Shown here piece by piece: positions 1-10,118 of a stretch of 63,928 bases of DNA. The stretch comes from a virus (taxonomy: Duplodnaviria > Caudoviricetes): the IMG/VR virus record IMGVR_UViG_3300012147_000014, positions 1-63,928 of that record; one strand, 5' to 3'. The position numbers and the translations under genes were made by a program. Numbering within the stretch: the stretch's first letter is position 1; each line of letters starts with the position of its first letter. The notes under the pieces were generated by a model. That model saw only the letters and a list, made by a program, of their open reading frames with translations, did not search any database and was not told where the DNA came from.

Positions 1-11
1 AAAAGGAAAGT
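1..11. repeat. 11-nt terminal direct repeat (copy at 63918-63928)
   Basis: AAAAGGAAAGT at both window ends; the two genome arms converge here. Confidence 0.7.
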
Positions 12-168
12 GGTAGCTCTCAACGACTTATATAATAGTTTTCTTTTCTACGGTGGTGCTCTTTTTAAGCTCATAATACTATTGAGCTTGACAGGCGGCT
101 TGATGCTTGGCTTCACGAGCGTAGCGAGTGCACGGTACTGCTCTGCTTCATGTGCTGCTACTGCCCCT

Positions 169-780
169 TCACCCTACCGATACATCGCTCTCGATCTCAT
201 TACCCCACGAGCACCAGCCTTCCCGCTTACGCCTTGCAAATAGCTCAAGGTATGGGCCAGGACTCACGCCCTCTACCATGTCTTGAAGGGCGTCGGGCTT
301 GCGGCTGTGCTGCGGCTTACCAGTTGCGCCATATTGGCGCTTCCAGTTGAACCACGTCCCCTTGACTCTACCGATCGCTGGCAATGTGCCACGCCTACAG
401 AACAGAATATATTCGGTCGATATACCGTAGGCACCGCCCAGCCCTCCTCCCATCGGGTTCTTAGCCCACACCAGCAGGGTGCTTGGCTTGAAGCCCCACG
501 CTCTCGCGATCTTGTACGCGTCCTCAACGTAGCGGTTGATCACCCAGAGATAAAGATGCGCATCCTTACACGCCAAGTCACCCACGGGCAAGGCGGCAAT
601 CTCATCTACCCTCATTGATCCGTAGGGTAGGTCGCGAGACGGGCGACTCACCTTGTCCCACGACTGCACACCATTTGCGTCGAGGCAGTAGGGCGCTCCG
701 GCGGGCCCGGCCTTAACCTGCCAAGGTGGGTCGGCTACTATGCAGGTGTACTGCGCGGGGACTGGTGTGTTGATGTTCAT
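169..780 (-). CDS. MT-A70 family adenine methyltransferase
   Basis: IVADPPW, HLYLW, HSRKP, YLELFAR, WGNE motifs. Confidence 0.9.
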   Translation of the reverse strand: MNINTPVPAQYTCIVADPPWQVKAGPAGAPYCLDANGVQSWDKVSRPSRDLPYGSMRVDEIAALPVGDLACKDAHLYLWVINRYVEDAYKIARAWGFKPSTLLVWAKNPMGGGLGGAYGISTEYILFCRRGTLPAIGRVKGTWFNWKRQYGATGKPQHSRKPDALQDMVEGVSPGPYLELFARRKREGWCSWGNEIESDVSVG

Positions 781-814
781 AGTTTCTTTCCTTGCATTGA
801 CTAGTGATCTAATT

Positions 815-1681
815 TCACCAGAGAGAAGTTTGAGCCTCTGTCACGTTACGGAGCCAAAGGCATTCAGTGCGCTGCCTAGCACCGTCTGCAAGCGCACGCC
901 GTTCTACGCGCTGCCAACCAGCGAAAAGTTCATCGTAAAGTGTCGAGCGATAGCCACTTATTATGACCATTCCTTCTAATCCGTTGAGGCCTCCTGCCAT
1001 TTTGATATGGTCATCGACCGTCATTTCGTGCCGGTAGTCTTCCCCCTTGTTGCGAGTCTCAGGCACATGCGGGGGATCGACATAATGCAGCGTATCCCTG
1101 CAGTCGTGCCTCTGCATTACTTCTAGCGCGTCCCGATTCTCAATTACGACGCCTCGTAGCCGATCAATCATCGCTGGCATTGCCTTCGGGTAGTTCCGCC
1201 AGTCTGCCGCTGGAGTAGTCCCACTGCGATTAGAGTTCGAGCGGAATCCAGTATTCTGATTGTGAGAGTTCGACCCGAATCCCATATATGACCGAACCAC
1301 AGTCCGACGCGCTTGCTCCATTGGATCGCCTGAAGGTTCGTAGCTCTCTTTGAAATCCACCCGCGAGAATGGTGTGAGTTCGAGCTGCTCGACCAACTTA
1401 CGGCCGTCGCCACGGATCACCTTAAAAAGATTTACGATCTCACCATCCAAGTCGTTATACACCTCAGCATAGCTTCGATCTTTCCGCATCAAGACAGATC
1501 CGCCTCCACCATAGGGCTCGATATACACCCGATGAGCCGGAAAGTAGCTGATTATCCACGGAGCGAGTATCCACTTGCCACCATGCCATCGAACGACCGG
1601 ACGGGTAGGTGAACCAGACGATTGAGTATCAACTCCATTACGCGCCGTTCGTTCCTCACTATGCTTCATTACGTGACTCAT
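815..1681 (-). CDS. Dam-like (D12 class) N6-adenine DNA methyltransferase
   Basis: RWHGGK, YIEPYGGGGSV, EVYNDLD, YVDPPH (variant of DPPY). Confidence 0.9.
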   Translation of the reverse strand: MSHVMKHSEERTARNGVDTQSSGSPTRPVVRWHGGKWILAPWIISYFPAHRVYIEPYGGGGSVLMRKDRSYAEVYNDLDGEIVNLFKVIRGDGRKLVEQLELTPFSRVDFKESYEPSGDPMEQARRTVVRSYMGFGSNSHNQNTGFRSNSNRSGTTPAADWRNYPKAMPAMIDRLRGVVIENRDALEVMQRHDCRDTLHYVDPPHVPETRNKGEDYRHEMTVDDHIKMAGGLNGLEGMVIISGYRSTLYDELFAGWQRVERRALADGARQRTECLWLRNVTEAQTSLW

Positions 1682-1942
1682 CTATTTGTTCGATTGTGTG
1701 TATTTTTCGAGAAGGTCGAATGCCTGATCCTCTCCGATGTGTCCAGCCGCCACGTCAGCATTTAATCCCCCGCGATATTTATACTCGTTGAAGTCCATTC
1801 GGTGGCGGAAGTTTTTACTCCAGTCCTTCACCTCCCACTGGTATCGAGCATTTGCACGCTCAGCCACATGCTCGGATATTGGCATTATGGACAGGATCGA
1901 ACCAGGCGGATTATTCAATGTATTTCGCTTAGGCTCATCCAT
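1682..1942 (-). CDS. hypothetical protein
   Basis: ORF tightly packed in the - strand operon. Confidence 0.55.
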   Translation of the reverse strand: MDEPKRNTLNNPPGSILSIMPISEHVAERANARYQWEVKDWSKNFRHRMDFNEYKYRGGLNADVAAGHIGEDQAFDLLEKYTQSNK

Positions 1943-2243
1943 GATTATCCTCCTTGTTCAACCTGTAACCATTGTGCGTGTCCTCGGCCTCCATTGCTTC
2001 CAGAAGACTTTTTGTGATTTCAGCAGCTAGGCTGGATGCCAGCAGCTTTCGATCCGCCTTTAATGGTCGCGCTTCCTCTACGTAAAGCTCACCAAGAAGC
2101 TTCCCGAGCCTATCATCTGTAGTTCGGATTGGTCGAAACTGTTTGTGGTAGGGTGGCTTAATCTCAATGATTTGTGCCCATCTTTTGTAACTCAGAGGGG
2201 GTAATATCTCGACAAATAGCCTGTAGTTTTTTGAATGATTCAT
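1935..2243 (-). CDS. hypothetical protein
   Basis: ORF packed in operon. Confidence 0.55.
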   Translation of the reverse strand: MNHSKNYRLFVEILPPLSYKRWAQIIEIKPPYHKQFRPIRTTDDRLGKLLGELYVEEARPLKADRKLLASSLAAEITKSLLEAMEAEDTHNGYRLNKEDNHG

Positions 2244-2274
2244 CTTGTTTTGGTTGGCGGGGTTCTGCGCCCGT

Positions 2275-3144
2275 TTATACTTCTAAACTCTCCTGCACTG
2301 GTGCCTTTCCGAAAAGCCGAAATGTATTCACATCACAGTAGTCGTTTAAGCGTCTGGCAATGTCATGCCCTTTGGTGTGATCGTCTGAGAAGCGGGTATG
2401 GAGGTTTTTACCAGTGAATCGCGTTGTCATTATGATCGGCAAATCGTATTCAGTCCTTCGGTTGATCAGGTCGAACACGAAAGCACCAAGCCCCTCAGTG
2501 ATTAAGCTTTTACCGAAATCATCGAAGGCTAGAACTGGAACGGTTGCTAGCTCTTCGAGTAGTGCGTCGACACTCCGACTCTTAACGGCTGCAAAAAAGG
2601 CCTGGGTGAGCTTACTGCCGCAATATAGCCTCCAATTGACCCGAGCTCTCTCAACCCTAAGCATTAAGTGCCAGAGAGTCGTTGATTTACCCGCTCCACT
2701 CTCTCCGACTATGACAAGACCTTTACTTGATGCAGGATCCCACTTCATAGACAAGTCGTATTGCTTCCAGTCGATGCGTGGATAATTTTTACGGAGGATT
2801 GGCTTAATTTTACGATAGAGTGGCGGACATTGGCGATCCCACTTGGTTCGGTAATTCGCCTCTAACTTGTCGGCCTCATCCACTAGGTTGAGCGCGTTAT
2901 CGCAGTAGAGGTTAGCCACTTTCATGTGGAACGGTTCGCCCTCTTCTCCGATATGGTAATGGGTCTCCGCAAAGCAGTGTCCGCAGATAACGCACACCCC
3001 CGGTGTGCATTGAGTGTTCCCCAGCCGCTCAGCGTTTGTTCGCTTGCGAGCTTGCGCAACATCATCGGGGGTAGGGGTGCAGGTTAGTTCAGAATTTTCC
3101 ATTTTCGTATTCATTTTTCGTATTTTCTCCGTATTTGCCTTCAA
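2275..3144 (-). CDS. DnaC/IstB-like AAA+ helicase loader
   Basis: Walker A GESGAGKS, Walker B LAFDDFG, LPIIMTT; follows initiator gene; N-terminal Cys cluster. Confidence 0.8.
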   Translation of the reverse strand: MKANTEKIRKMNTKMENSELTCTPTPDDVAQARKRTNAERLGNTQCTPGVCVICGHCFAETHYHIGEEGEPFHMKVANLYCDNALNLVDEADKLEANYRTKWDRQCPPLYRKIKPILRKNYPRIDWKQYDLSMKWDPASSKGLVIVGESGAGKSTTLWHLMLRVERARVNWRLYCGSKLTQAFFAAVKSRSVDALLEELATVPVLAFDDFGKSLITEGLGAFVFDLINRRTEYDLPIIMTTRFTGKNLHTRFSDDHTKGHDIARRLNDYCDVNTFRLFGKAPVQESLEV

Positions 3145-3910
3145 GGATATTGGTGAGTGTTTCGGGTCGCAGAAACCATTCGATGTTAGCCACCCAATTT
3201 CGGCTATTTGTGCCTAAACAGAAATCACTTTGAGCCGCAATCGAGACGCCTTTTTGCCAGTTTTCGCGCCACCAAACCTCCTTGAGCCGCGCCCGCAAAG
3301 TCTTCCTGCGTCCTTCGCTAAAATTAGCGCACTTGCGGAAGACCCCTTGCAGGTTCCATAGCTTGATCAGGTCTGCTTCGACAGTTTGGTAAGGTTCAGG
3401 TTTTGATGAAAGTTTAAGTTCCTCCACCGCAGGCACAGTAGTGGTAGTTCTTAATACTTTCTTACCTTCTTTACCTTCTTCTTCTTTGTGCCCTTCGTGT
3501 GCCCTTCGTGTGCCCAAAGGTGTGCCCTTTGGTGTGACCTTGTAATTATCTACATTGTTGTAAGTGTCGTAGTTTAAGAGCTTTATGACGGTTATTGACT
3601 GTGCCCCAACGTGTGCCCTTTGGTGTGTCTCAATCATTTTCATCGCTGTTAAGCGCTTCAGAAAGACACGAACTTTCTTCTCTCCCCAATTCCAGCGTTT
3701 TGCGAGGTAGCGGACTGAGCCGACGAGTTCCCCGCGCTGTAATTTCAAGACTCCAACACCCCTTATGACGACCTCGACTTCGGATTTACCGAAGCGAGCA
3801 GTGCCAATCATATCAAACCACGCTTCAAAATCAGAGAACTCACGTTCCTGAGTCCACAGCGGGTTCGCAAAGATGCTGCGCCCTATTGGGAGATAGCCAT
3901 TTTCTTCCAT
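3089..3910 (-). CDS. phage replication initiator protein
   Basis: N-terminal wHTH-like (RGELVGSVRYLAKRWNW), C-terminal WVANIEWFLRP..ILEGKY; internal iterons. Confidence 0.8.
   Translation of the reverse strand: MEENGYLPIGRSIFANPLWTQEREFSDFEAWFDMIGTARFGKSEVEVVIRGVGVLKLQRGELVGSVRYLAKRWNWGEKKVRVFLKRLTAMKMIETHQRAHVGAQSITVIKLLNYDTYNNVDNYKVTPKGTPLGTRRAHEGHKEEEGKEGKKVLRTTTTVPAVEELKLSSKPEPYQTVEADLIKLWNLQGVFRKCANFSEGRRKTLRARLKEVWWRENWQKGVSIAAQSDFCLGTNSRNWVANIEWFLRPETLTNILEGKYGENTKNEYENGKF
3487..3630. repeat. putative replication origin iterons (GTGTGCCC-like, ~8 copies)
   Basis: (G)TGTGCCC-like units at 3487, 3497, 3508, 3520, 3532, 3600, 3611, 3623 inside the initiator gene, with an AT-rich gap. 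Confidence 0.7.
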
Positions 3911-4225
3911 GGGTTACCGGTGCCTACAAGCTCCAGATGCTACGGTTGCGCGGCATTTGACCCCGCAGTATGGGGCCAAGGAAGTCGCGGACTCTCAGTC
4001 CGGGCTTCCAGCCTCGGGCGACTGCTCTGGTGATCTTATTTAGGCCACTTTTACTGATTCTTTTTTTACTCATTTTTATTTTTGGTTGATTGGTTAAGTG
4101 AAGGTGTTGATTCGTTTCCTCCTGCTCGCAATTGATCGGCTCGGCTCTCGTCCACCACCAAGGTCGAGCATTCCGACTCCGGAACAAAGCGAGAGGGTAT
4201 TGATGATGGGAGTATCCATGTCATC

Positions 4226-5251
4226 TTACGCCTCTGGGAATCCGTTGTGCTCAACTCCGTCAAGCAGGCGACCGGCGGCTTTCTTTCCGACCTTGGTTGC
4301 GACTAATCCGTCGCAAAAGTAATACTTTAGACCCGTCTCACTACTTTCATTGTCAAGCGGTGCCCATTCGCCCCACTGCTTGAACAAAAACGGCACGCCA
4401 GCAGCCCTACACTGGTCGCGGAGGCTCAGTGCCCACTCTGGGGACATGGGGCGCGCCTTAGCCCCGCTCTCGCCACCGCAGATCACCCAATCAATGCCGC
4501 GCAGCCATGGAGAGAACCCGCTTGGGGTTCTGGGGCGCAGATCGACCGCCCCGAGCATTGGCTCGCAGGAAAGAAAGCGCACCCGAGCGGGTATATCCAG
4601 TAGTGCTGGAATCCGCTTTTCAGCATTCTCTTGATCTTCGACAGTAGTGCCCATCCACACGTTGTGCGGAGGGTTTCCGGTGAGCCAATCGCGGAGCCAT
4701 TTAACCAAAGGGTTCGGGTCATTTGGGTTGTTGTGAGCCCTGCAAATCTCATACACCTCACGCAGCATCTTCTCTACGTTTTCAGGCCGCTTAGTGAGCA
4801 GTAGCCAATCAAGGCAAGGTGTGCGGTAAATTAGATCGAACAGCCGTAACCGCACAAGCGTCAGATCATCAAAAACATTATCGATCGTCCCGTCCTTCCT
4901 GATCGGGCCAACCTTCCCCCCTTGGTAGTCTTCGAATACATCGGCCAGACTGGCGCAAAAGACGCGCGGCCGCTCTGGGGGGACGTAACCATCTTCGCTG
5001 AAGTCATGCAGCTCGGCGTCTATTTCGTCCTCGGCTTCGCGGTTCCATCTCTCGGGCTCTCGCCACATTGATTCGCTCGCTACAATCCGAGAAGCATTCT
5101 TTCCCCATGTCTCAATCCCTTTACCTCGAGCCACGCGACTCGGGGCACTGATCTCTGCGTAACAGTTCGAGCAGCCGGCGCTTACTTTGAAGCAGCCGCG
5201 CCAAGGGTTGAAGGTGTGGGTAGTCCATTCGATTTTTGAATTCTTTGCCAT
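4226..5251 (-). CDS. Gp37/Gp68 (DUF5131) family protein
   Basis: SKIEWT, NPWRGCxKVSxGCxNCYAE, LLLTKRP, FLSCEP, WVICGGESG, FKQWG. Confidence 0.9.
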   Translation of the reverse strand: MAKNSKIEWTTHTFNPWRGCFKVSAGCSNCYAEISAPSRVARGKGIETWGKNASRIVASESMWREPERWNREAEDEIDAELHDFSEDGYVPPERPRVFCASLADVFEDYQGGKVGPIRKDGTIDNVFDDLTLVRLRLFDLIYRTPCLDWLLLTKRPENVEKMLREVYEICRAHNNPNDPNPLVKWLRDWLTGNPPHNVWMGTTVEDQENAEKRIPALLDIPARVRFLSCEPMLGAVDLRPRTPSGFSPWLRGIDWVICGGESGAKARPMSPEWALSLRDQCRAAGVPFLFKQWGEWAPLDNESSETGLKYYFCDGLVATKVGKKAAGRLLDGVEHNGFPEA

Positions 5252-5257
5252 GCTTGC

Positions 5258-5812
5258 TTAGTGGGTTGATGTGAATAATTCAGATTGGAGGTCTTTGAGA
5301 GAGCGTTCGCGGGCAAGTTCCCCTGCGAGACGTGCCGTCTTGGTTTTATGGCAAGGAACGCAAAGCGTCTGATAGTTATCCAGACCGCATTCACCTCCGC
5401 CCCGCACGACTTCAATGATGTGATCAGCGTCCCACCAAGAGCGCGACAAGTCCGGAAAGCGACTCACCTCATGCCACTTGGAAAGATGCCTAACTCTGTG
5501 GAGACCATAGTGTGCCGAAGGGTAAACTGCCCGCGCGGAAATTCCCTTAGTCTCCATGTAGAGGCGGTGAAATCGGCGGCGCAACTTTTCAACGTCCCGC
5601 CCGCAATTAGCGCAGCAACCCTTGTCGCGCTCGAATACTTGCTGGCGCACATATCCGGGGTCGCTCCGCATTCTACCGCGATGCACGCACTCAGGACTAA
5701 ACCAATTGCGCTTTGGCGCGATTGGTTTTTTTCCGCACCCACAAGAGCACAGGTAGCCCTTGCCCGATGGATCCTTGATTGAGTTATTGGGAGTGCTTCG
5801 ACGAGTGCTCAT
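5258..5812 (-). CDS. HNH endonuclease
   Basis: VFERDKGCCANC, WDADHII...GG...LDNYQTLCVPCH. Confidence 0.85.
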   Translation of the reverse strand: MSTRRSTPNNSIKDPSGKGYLCSCGCGKKPIAPKRNWFSPECVHRGRMRSDPGYVRQQVFERDKGCCANCGRDVEKLRRRFHRLYMETKGISARAVYPSAHYGLHRVRHLSKWHEVSRFPDLSRSWWDADHIIEVVRGGGECGLDNYQTLCVPCHKTKTARLAGELARERSLKDLQSELFTSTH

Positions 5813-6249
5813 ACCTCAGCCTTGCTAAACTCAGGCAGTACAATCCATACGTCGGTGTAAGACTTTAGCGTCTCGGCCGTGTAGAATTTCGCATTTTCAC
5901 GGCCTTGATTTGGGTCATAGACCACGATCTTACGCTCGCCTAGTTTCCAGTGTAGGATCATCCGGTGAGTGCCACCTTCGATGTTTAGCGAAGGAACCGT
6001 CACCACATGGTAATGGTCGGGGAATAGTTGTGGCATCGTGCAAATATTGAAGAACATCCCTATTTTGTTCGCTAATTCGTATTCAGCCTGCCACGAGAGT
6101 CCGTCATCCGTGCCGGCCAACTCGATAACTTGGTCAACCGTCCAGCCAGATAACATCGCCCAGCATGTATGGACGCAGGTAGTTGAGTTGGGTTGAGCCT
6201 GGTGCCTTATCATGCCTCGACCTCCAGAAGTTTGAATGAGTAAACCCAC
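5809..6249 (-). CDS. hypothetical, peptidase C39-like (start probably ~6213)
   Basis: QxxxxTC...H...VYDP arrangement. Confidence 0.45.
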   Translation of the reverse strand: MGLLIQTSGGRGMIRHQAQPNSTTCVHTCWAMLSGWTVDQVIELAGTDDGLSWQAEYELANKIGMFFNICTMPQLFPDHYHVVTVPSLNIEGGTHRMILHWKLGERKIVVYDPNQGRENAKFYTAETLKSYTDVWIVLPEFSKAEV

Positions 6250-6797
6250 ACCATTGGGTTATCTTGCCAAGTGTTCTCCTTGGGGTTGATTGAATCCCAA
6301 AGCGCAATAAACCAGAGCCTTGGGTCAGGCCCGATATGCCTATTCGGAAAGGGGCAACCTTCTTCCATGCAGCTGCCTCGGTTGATCTCCTGTAACCTTT
6401 CGGTGCGAACCTGAGTAATGATAACGAAATGGCGAGCAAATGATTTGCGCATGAAGCGAGCAGTCGTAGGCTTGCTGATACCAAGCTTACGCTTGCGTAG
6501 GGCTTTCACATCGCTGGCCGTGAGCTCCATATTCGAGTTAGAGTCGGGCAAGGCAGGGGACTTCCAGTGGTAGAGCACATCAGCACAGCCCCCGTCATCG
6601 TCTATCGAGTAAGAGAATATTTCCAGCGGTTCGCTCAGATAGCAAATGTCACCCGCACTATACCTTGGCTTAACTGACCATTCCCTTACTCTACGGGTCT
6701 GAGTTTTATGACCGTCGAGCACCTTGCAGTAATTTTCCTCAATCATGGACAGCGGCTTTGCCGTGCTAAGTATGTCGTTTCTTTTCATTTTTTTCAT
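6210..6797 (-). CDS. ASCH/PUA-like phage protein
   Basis: GHKTQTRR, ERLQEI, LWDSIN, WQDNPMVWV. Confidence 0.7.
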   Translation of the reverse strand: MKKMKRNDILSTAKPLSMIEENYCKVLDGHKTQTRRVREWSVKPRYSAGDICYLSEPLEIFSYSIDDDGGCADVLYHWKSPALPDSNSNMELTASDVKALRKRKLGISKPTTARFMRKSFARHFVIITQVRTERLQEINRGSCMEEGCPFPNRHIGPDPRLWFIALWDSINPKENTWQDNPMVWVYSFKLLEVEA

Positions 6798-6817
6798 CGT
6801 TTGCTTGCGTTTGGTTG

Positions 6818-7525
6818 TTAAATTAGTGATTCGTCCGCTTCTGCGGGCTCATCAACGGGTAGTTGGAATTCAACCACTTCTTCATTTATGGTGCGGGGCA
6901 GTATCTTCGCCTTTACGGCCTCGCGCTCGTCAGCATAACCAACGATGAACTTGTCGAGTTCGCGGCCAACCTTCTCGGTAAAGTCGTCGCGCTCCACTTT
7001 TAGCAGAAACGGATTAAGCCCTGGGAAGTAGCTAAAAAAATACCAAACATCTAACCCCGTGACGGCCATTGAGCCATGCACTTGCAGCTTGTAACTATTC
7101 GGCAATCTACCCTCCATAATGTAGCCTACGTGGGTATCAACGGCAGGACACTTAAGCTCCAAGCCTGCGCTCCATGTGCTTATCGCATGATTCATTATGA
7201 GACCGTCAGGTGAGCACCCGACAGGCGCTTCATCATCGCGGGCGACGAAACCGACCTGAGTAACCTGGAGTCCGGTGAGGTCGGTAAAAGCCCTCCGCGC
7301 GTCGGCCTCGTGCTCATTGCCCCAATCAGTATGGCGGTTGCCTTGCCATTCGTTTGGGTTGTCGACTAAGACCTCGCGGGCGAGCTTGCGCATATACCCG
7401 ATCGCTTGCTTTGAGATCGCCCCGCTAGGCGTGAGTATCTTGTCGAACTCGCTAGCAGTGGCTCGGCCAAGGCGGACTTGCTCCCATGCCTCGCTGCCTT
7501 GGAGTAATTGGTCTAGTACGATCAC
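6818..7525 (-). CDS. YqaJ/lambda-exonuclease family recombination nuclease
   Basis: QGSEAWEQVRLGRATAS, GCSPDG, LELKCP. Confidence 0.9.
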   Translation of the reverse strand: MIVLDQLLQGSEAWEQVRLGRATASEFDKILTPSGAISKQAIGYMRKLAREVLVDNPNEWQGNRHTDWGNEHEADARRAFTDLTGLQVTQVGFVARDDEAPVGCSPDGLIMNHAISTWSAGLELKCPAVDTHVGYIMEGRLPNSYKLQVHGSMAVTGLDVWYFFSYFPGLNPFLLKVERDDFTEKVGRELDKFIVGYADEREAVKAKILPRTINEEVVEFQLPVDEPAEADESLI

Positions 7526-7950
7526 TCAAGCCCCCCTTCTTCGCCTTGACTCAAGTCCATAGGACTGTTCGCAGATAGGATGGCCTTCTGCATCTCATCC
7601 AGCGTGCCGAGCAGCTCTTTCTCGACAGCTGCCTCTTCATCGCGCCAAAGCTTTTTAGGGAACGTGCCTCCCTTGCTGGCCGATCCTAGTGTTACGAGCG
7701 CCAAGTTATGAACATATTCCGTATAATGACTGTTCACCTTGGCCGCCTCCTTCAATCGCTCTTCTGGCGTGCCCTTGATGTATTTAATGAGATAGCTCTG
7801 GTCTGGCGGAGAAAAACCACCGCTAACAAAGCCTAGCTTTTTTAATGCCGCCTGCATCTCCTCGCGGAAAACTTTCAGCCTAGCTTGAACGCGATCGTTG
7901 GCGCGGGACTTAACAATCCTCCCGAAGGTTTCTGCGTCTGTGATCTTCAT
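7522..7950 (-). CDS. hypothetical protein
   Basis: overlapping stop/start with neighbours. Confidence 0.6.
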   Translation of the reverse strand: MKITDAETFGRIVKSRANDRVQARLKVFREEMQAALKKLGFVSGGFSPPDQSYLIKYIKGTPEERLKEAAKVNSHYTEYVHNLALVTLGSASKGGTFPKKLWRDEEAAVEKELLGTLDEMQKAILSANSPMDLSQGEEGGLE

Positions 7951-9041
7951 TCTGCACCCCCACCATCAAGCAGTTTCCAGCCCTCCATGAGCTTGTCAGC
8001 GAACACCTGAGCAAGCTCGATATTTCGATGGTGCTTTAAATTGCCCCGTGCTACCTTGAGTGGCGCAAATGCCAGCTTTAAACGCTCCTTAAAGTCGGCC
8101 ATTTCTTCGGCTACCGTGGGGCCTAATCTCTGAGCCGCCGAACCCATTTCTTCCTCGCTCGCATTGCGCGGAATTGTCACAGAACGAGCGGTGGAAGAGA
8201 TCGTGACTGAATCACCGACAAGGGGAGCCGGGGCGTGAGTTCGTGAGGTCGCTTTTTCTTCGACCACGGTAGAAGTTGACTTGCTTTCATCCCCAGCCCG
8301 ATTTTGCTCCTGAGCGGCGGCCAGCTCCTTTGCTTGAGTGGCGCGAAGCGCTGCGGCATCGGCCTCTAATTTCTCCTGCTGGGCTTTGAGCTTAGCCGTT
8401 TCCTTCGCAAGGTTTGCGCGTTCAAACCGGCGCGACATTTCGACAAGGAGATCAGACCTCTTCATTTGCTCGAGCTTCTCTTGGTCGGGCATCAGCACGG
8501 AAGCTTCGGGGTTCTCCGCTATCATTTCCTCCATAGCCTGACGGGTGGCAACGATCTGGGCATTGACCGACTCAACAACGTCATTGGCCGCCCACTTAAT
8601 TGTATCGATCGTGCGCCGGCCCTTTATTGCCGCCTCGATCTGCGGGCGATAGCCATCCTTTAAGATCGCTTTGATTGAGTTGACGGCATCCTCAACGATT
8701 TCTTTCGCGCGAGTTGCCTTACGCTCCTTAATCTGCCGATCAAGCTTGAGTCGCGCCTCGCGAGCAACGGCGCTAACGTCGTCAATTGCCGCAAAGAGTT
8801 TCTGAATGTCTTCGGCCTGCTTGAGCGCTTCCTCTTTGGATTCTTCGAGCGCTTCCTCGGCCCCCTTGAGCGACTTCACGTTCTTTGCAGCCGCATCAAA
8901 ATCGGCATCCGTGGATAGCTCGTAATTGAGCGCGCGAATCTGTTCTTTAAGCTCGGCGCTCCACACATCAAAATTGCTTTTGACAATCTCGCCCTTGATC
9001 TGAATCGCAAGGGCAGTTTGGGTTTCGGTTTGGACACTCAT
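7947..9041 (-). CDS. coiled-coil protein of recombination module (DUF1351-like)
   Basis: long heptad pattern; lies between annealase and exonuclease. Confidence 0.55.
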   Translation of the reverse strand: MSVQTETQTALAIQIKGEIVKSNFDVWSAELKEQIRALNYELSTDADFDAAAKNVKSLKGAEEALEESKEEALKQAEDIQKLFAAIDDVSAVAREARLKLDRQIKERKATRAKEIVEDAVNSIKAILKDGYRPQIEAAIKGRRTIDTIKWAANDVVESVNAQIVATRQAMEEMIAENPEASVLMPDQEKLEQMKRSDLLVEMSRRFERANLAKETAKLKAQQEKLEADAAALRATQAKELAAAQEQNRAGDESKSTSTVVEEKATSRTHAPAPLVGDSVTISSTARSVTIPRNASEEEMGSAAQRLGPTVAEEMADFKERLKLAFAPLKVARGNLKHHRNIELAQVFADKLMEGWKLLDGGGAE

Positions 9042-10081
9042 TATACAAGCCCCCCTTCTTCTTCGCTACCATTATCCACCGATGCAATGCTCGTGACCGT
9101 CGAACCCTTTTCAGTGGTCTCGTATTCAACGAAGACTTCACTGCCTTTTAGCTTCAGCATGGTCGAGCCAATCGTCTTACTGAATGTGCCAATCTTGAGA
9201 GTCTTACCCTCCAAGAAGAACTCGCCGATCCATGCAGTCCACGGCCGTTTCGCGCTGGGAGGACTTTCCTTGATTTCCACATCGGAAAGCACCGCGACCG
9301 GTCGAGAAGAATCAGCACCCGACGGCATCTGCTCCTCGCTGGGTGCCTTTGCCTTTTGCGCCGGCGTTTCCGTGCTTGATTCCAGCTTAGGCAGCTTAGT
9401 AGGATCCACTTCGGTTTTCCGAACGTAAGTGCCGCCATCCGTATCAGCCCTCTTCATTTGATTGAAGTCGACCGCTTCATCGTCGGCGATAACGCCAAAG
9501 ATTACGCCAGGTGCATGTGCCCGAGCCCATTCGCGCGCCCCGCGGTAGCGCAGTTGTCGCTTGTAGTTCTGGCTGTTGCCCCACGGGGAATTGTCGCCCG
9601 TAGTTTTCCATTGCTCGACCGTGCCCTCGACCGTGCGCGGGTTTTCTTCTCCAGAGAATAGGCCAGACACGACCACTCCAAGCTTGTCGCCTTGCGCCTC
9701 GTCAAAAACGAAGTCCAGCTTTATACCAAGCTTGGCCTCAATCACTCCGTGGATGAGCTTACCCTCCCACATTAACCGTCCATAGACCACTGACGCGCAG
9801 GCCGCTACCGCGAAAGGCGACATTGCCCATCGGTGCGCTTGCTCGACTACGAGAAAACAGTTGGCTACACGTTGCTGGAGCGGAAACTCGGTGAACGTGC
9901 CTGCCTTCTTGGTGCCTCGAAGCGTGTCGGGGACAAGGGTTGAGTGTGCCAACATTTCGGCGATCTTGTAGAGGCTTTCAAATACCTCTGGATTAAACAC
10001 AGTTGCCTCGTGGGCACCCGTGGTGACTAGCGCAGACCCATTGGTCGGGACAAATGATTGGGGGGATAGGAGATTACTCAT
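9041..10081 (-). CDS. RecT-like single-strand annealing protein
   Basis: NCFLVVEQAHRWAMSPFAVA, QLRYRGAREWAR..APGV..GV. Confidence 0.75.
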   Translation of the reverse strand: MSNLLSPQSFVPTNGSALVTTGAHEATVFNPEVFESLYKIAEMLAHSTLVPDTLRGTKKAGTFTEFPLQQRVANCFLVVEQAHRWAMSPFAVAACASVVYGRLMWEGKLIHGVIEAKLGIKLDFVFDEAQGDKLGVVVSGLFSGEENPRTVEGTVEQWKTTGDNSPWGNSQNYKRQLRYRGAREWARAHAPGVIFGVIADDEAVDFNQMKRADTDGGTYVRKTEVDPTKLPKLESSTETPAQKAKAPSEEQMPSGADSSRPVAVLSDVEIKESPPSAKRPWTAWIGEFFLEGKTLKIGTFSKTIGSTMLKLKGSEVFVEYETTEKGSTVTSIASVDNGSEEEGGLV

Positions 10082-10118
10082 ATTTGCTTTATTATTTTAG
10101 TTCTAGTTTAGTTGAAAT

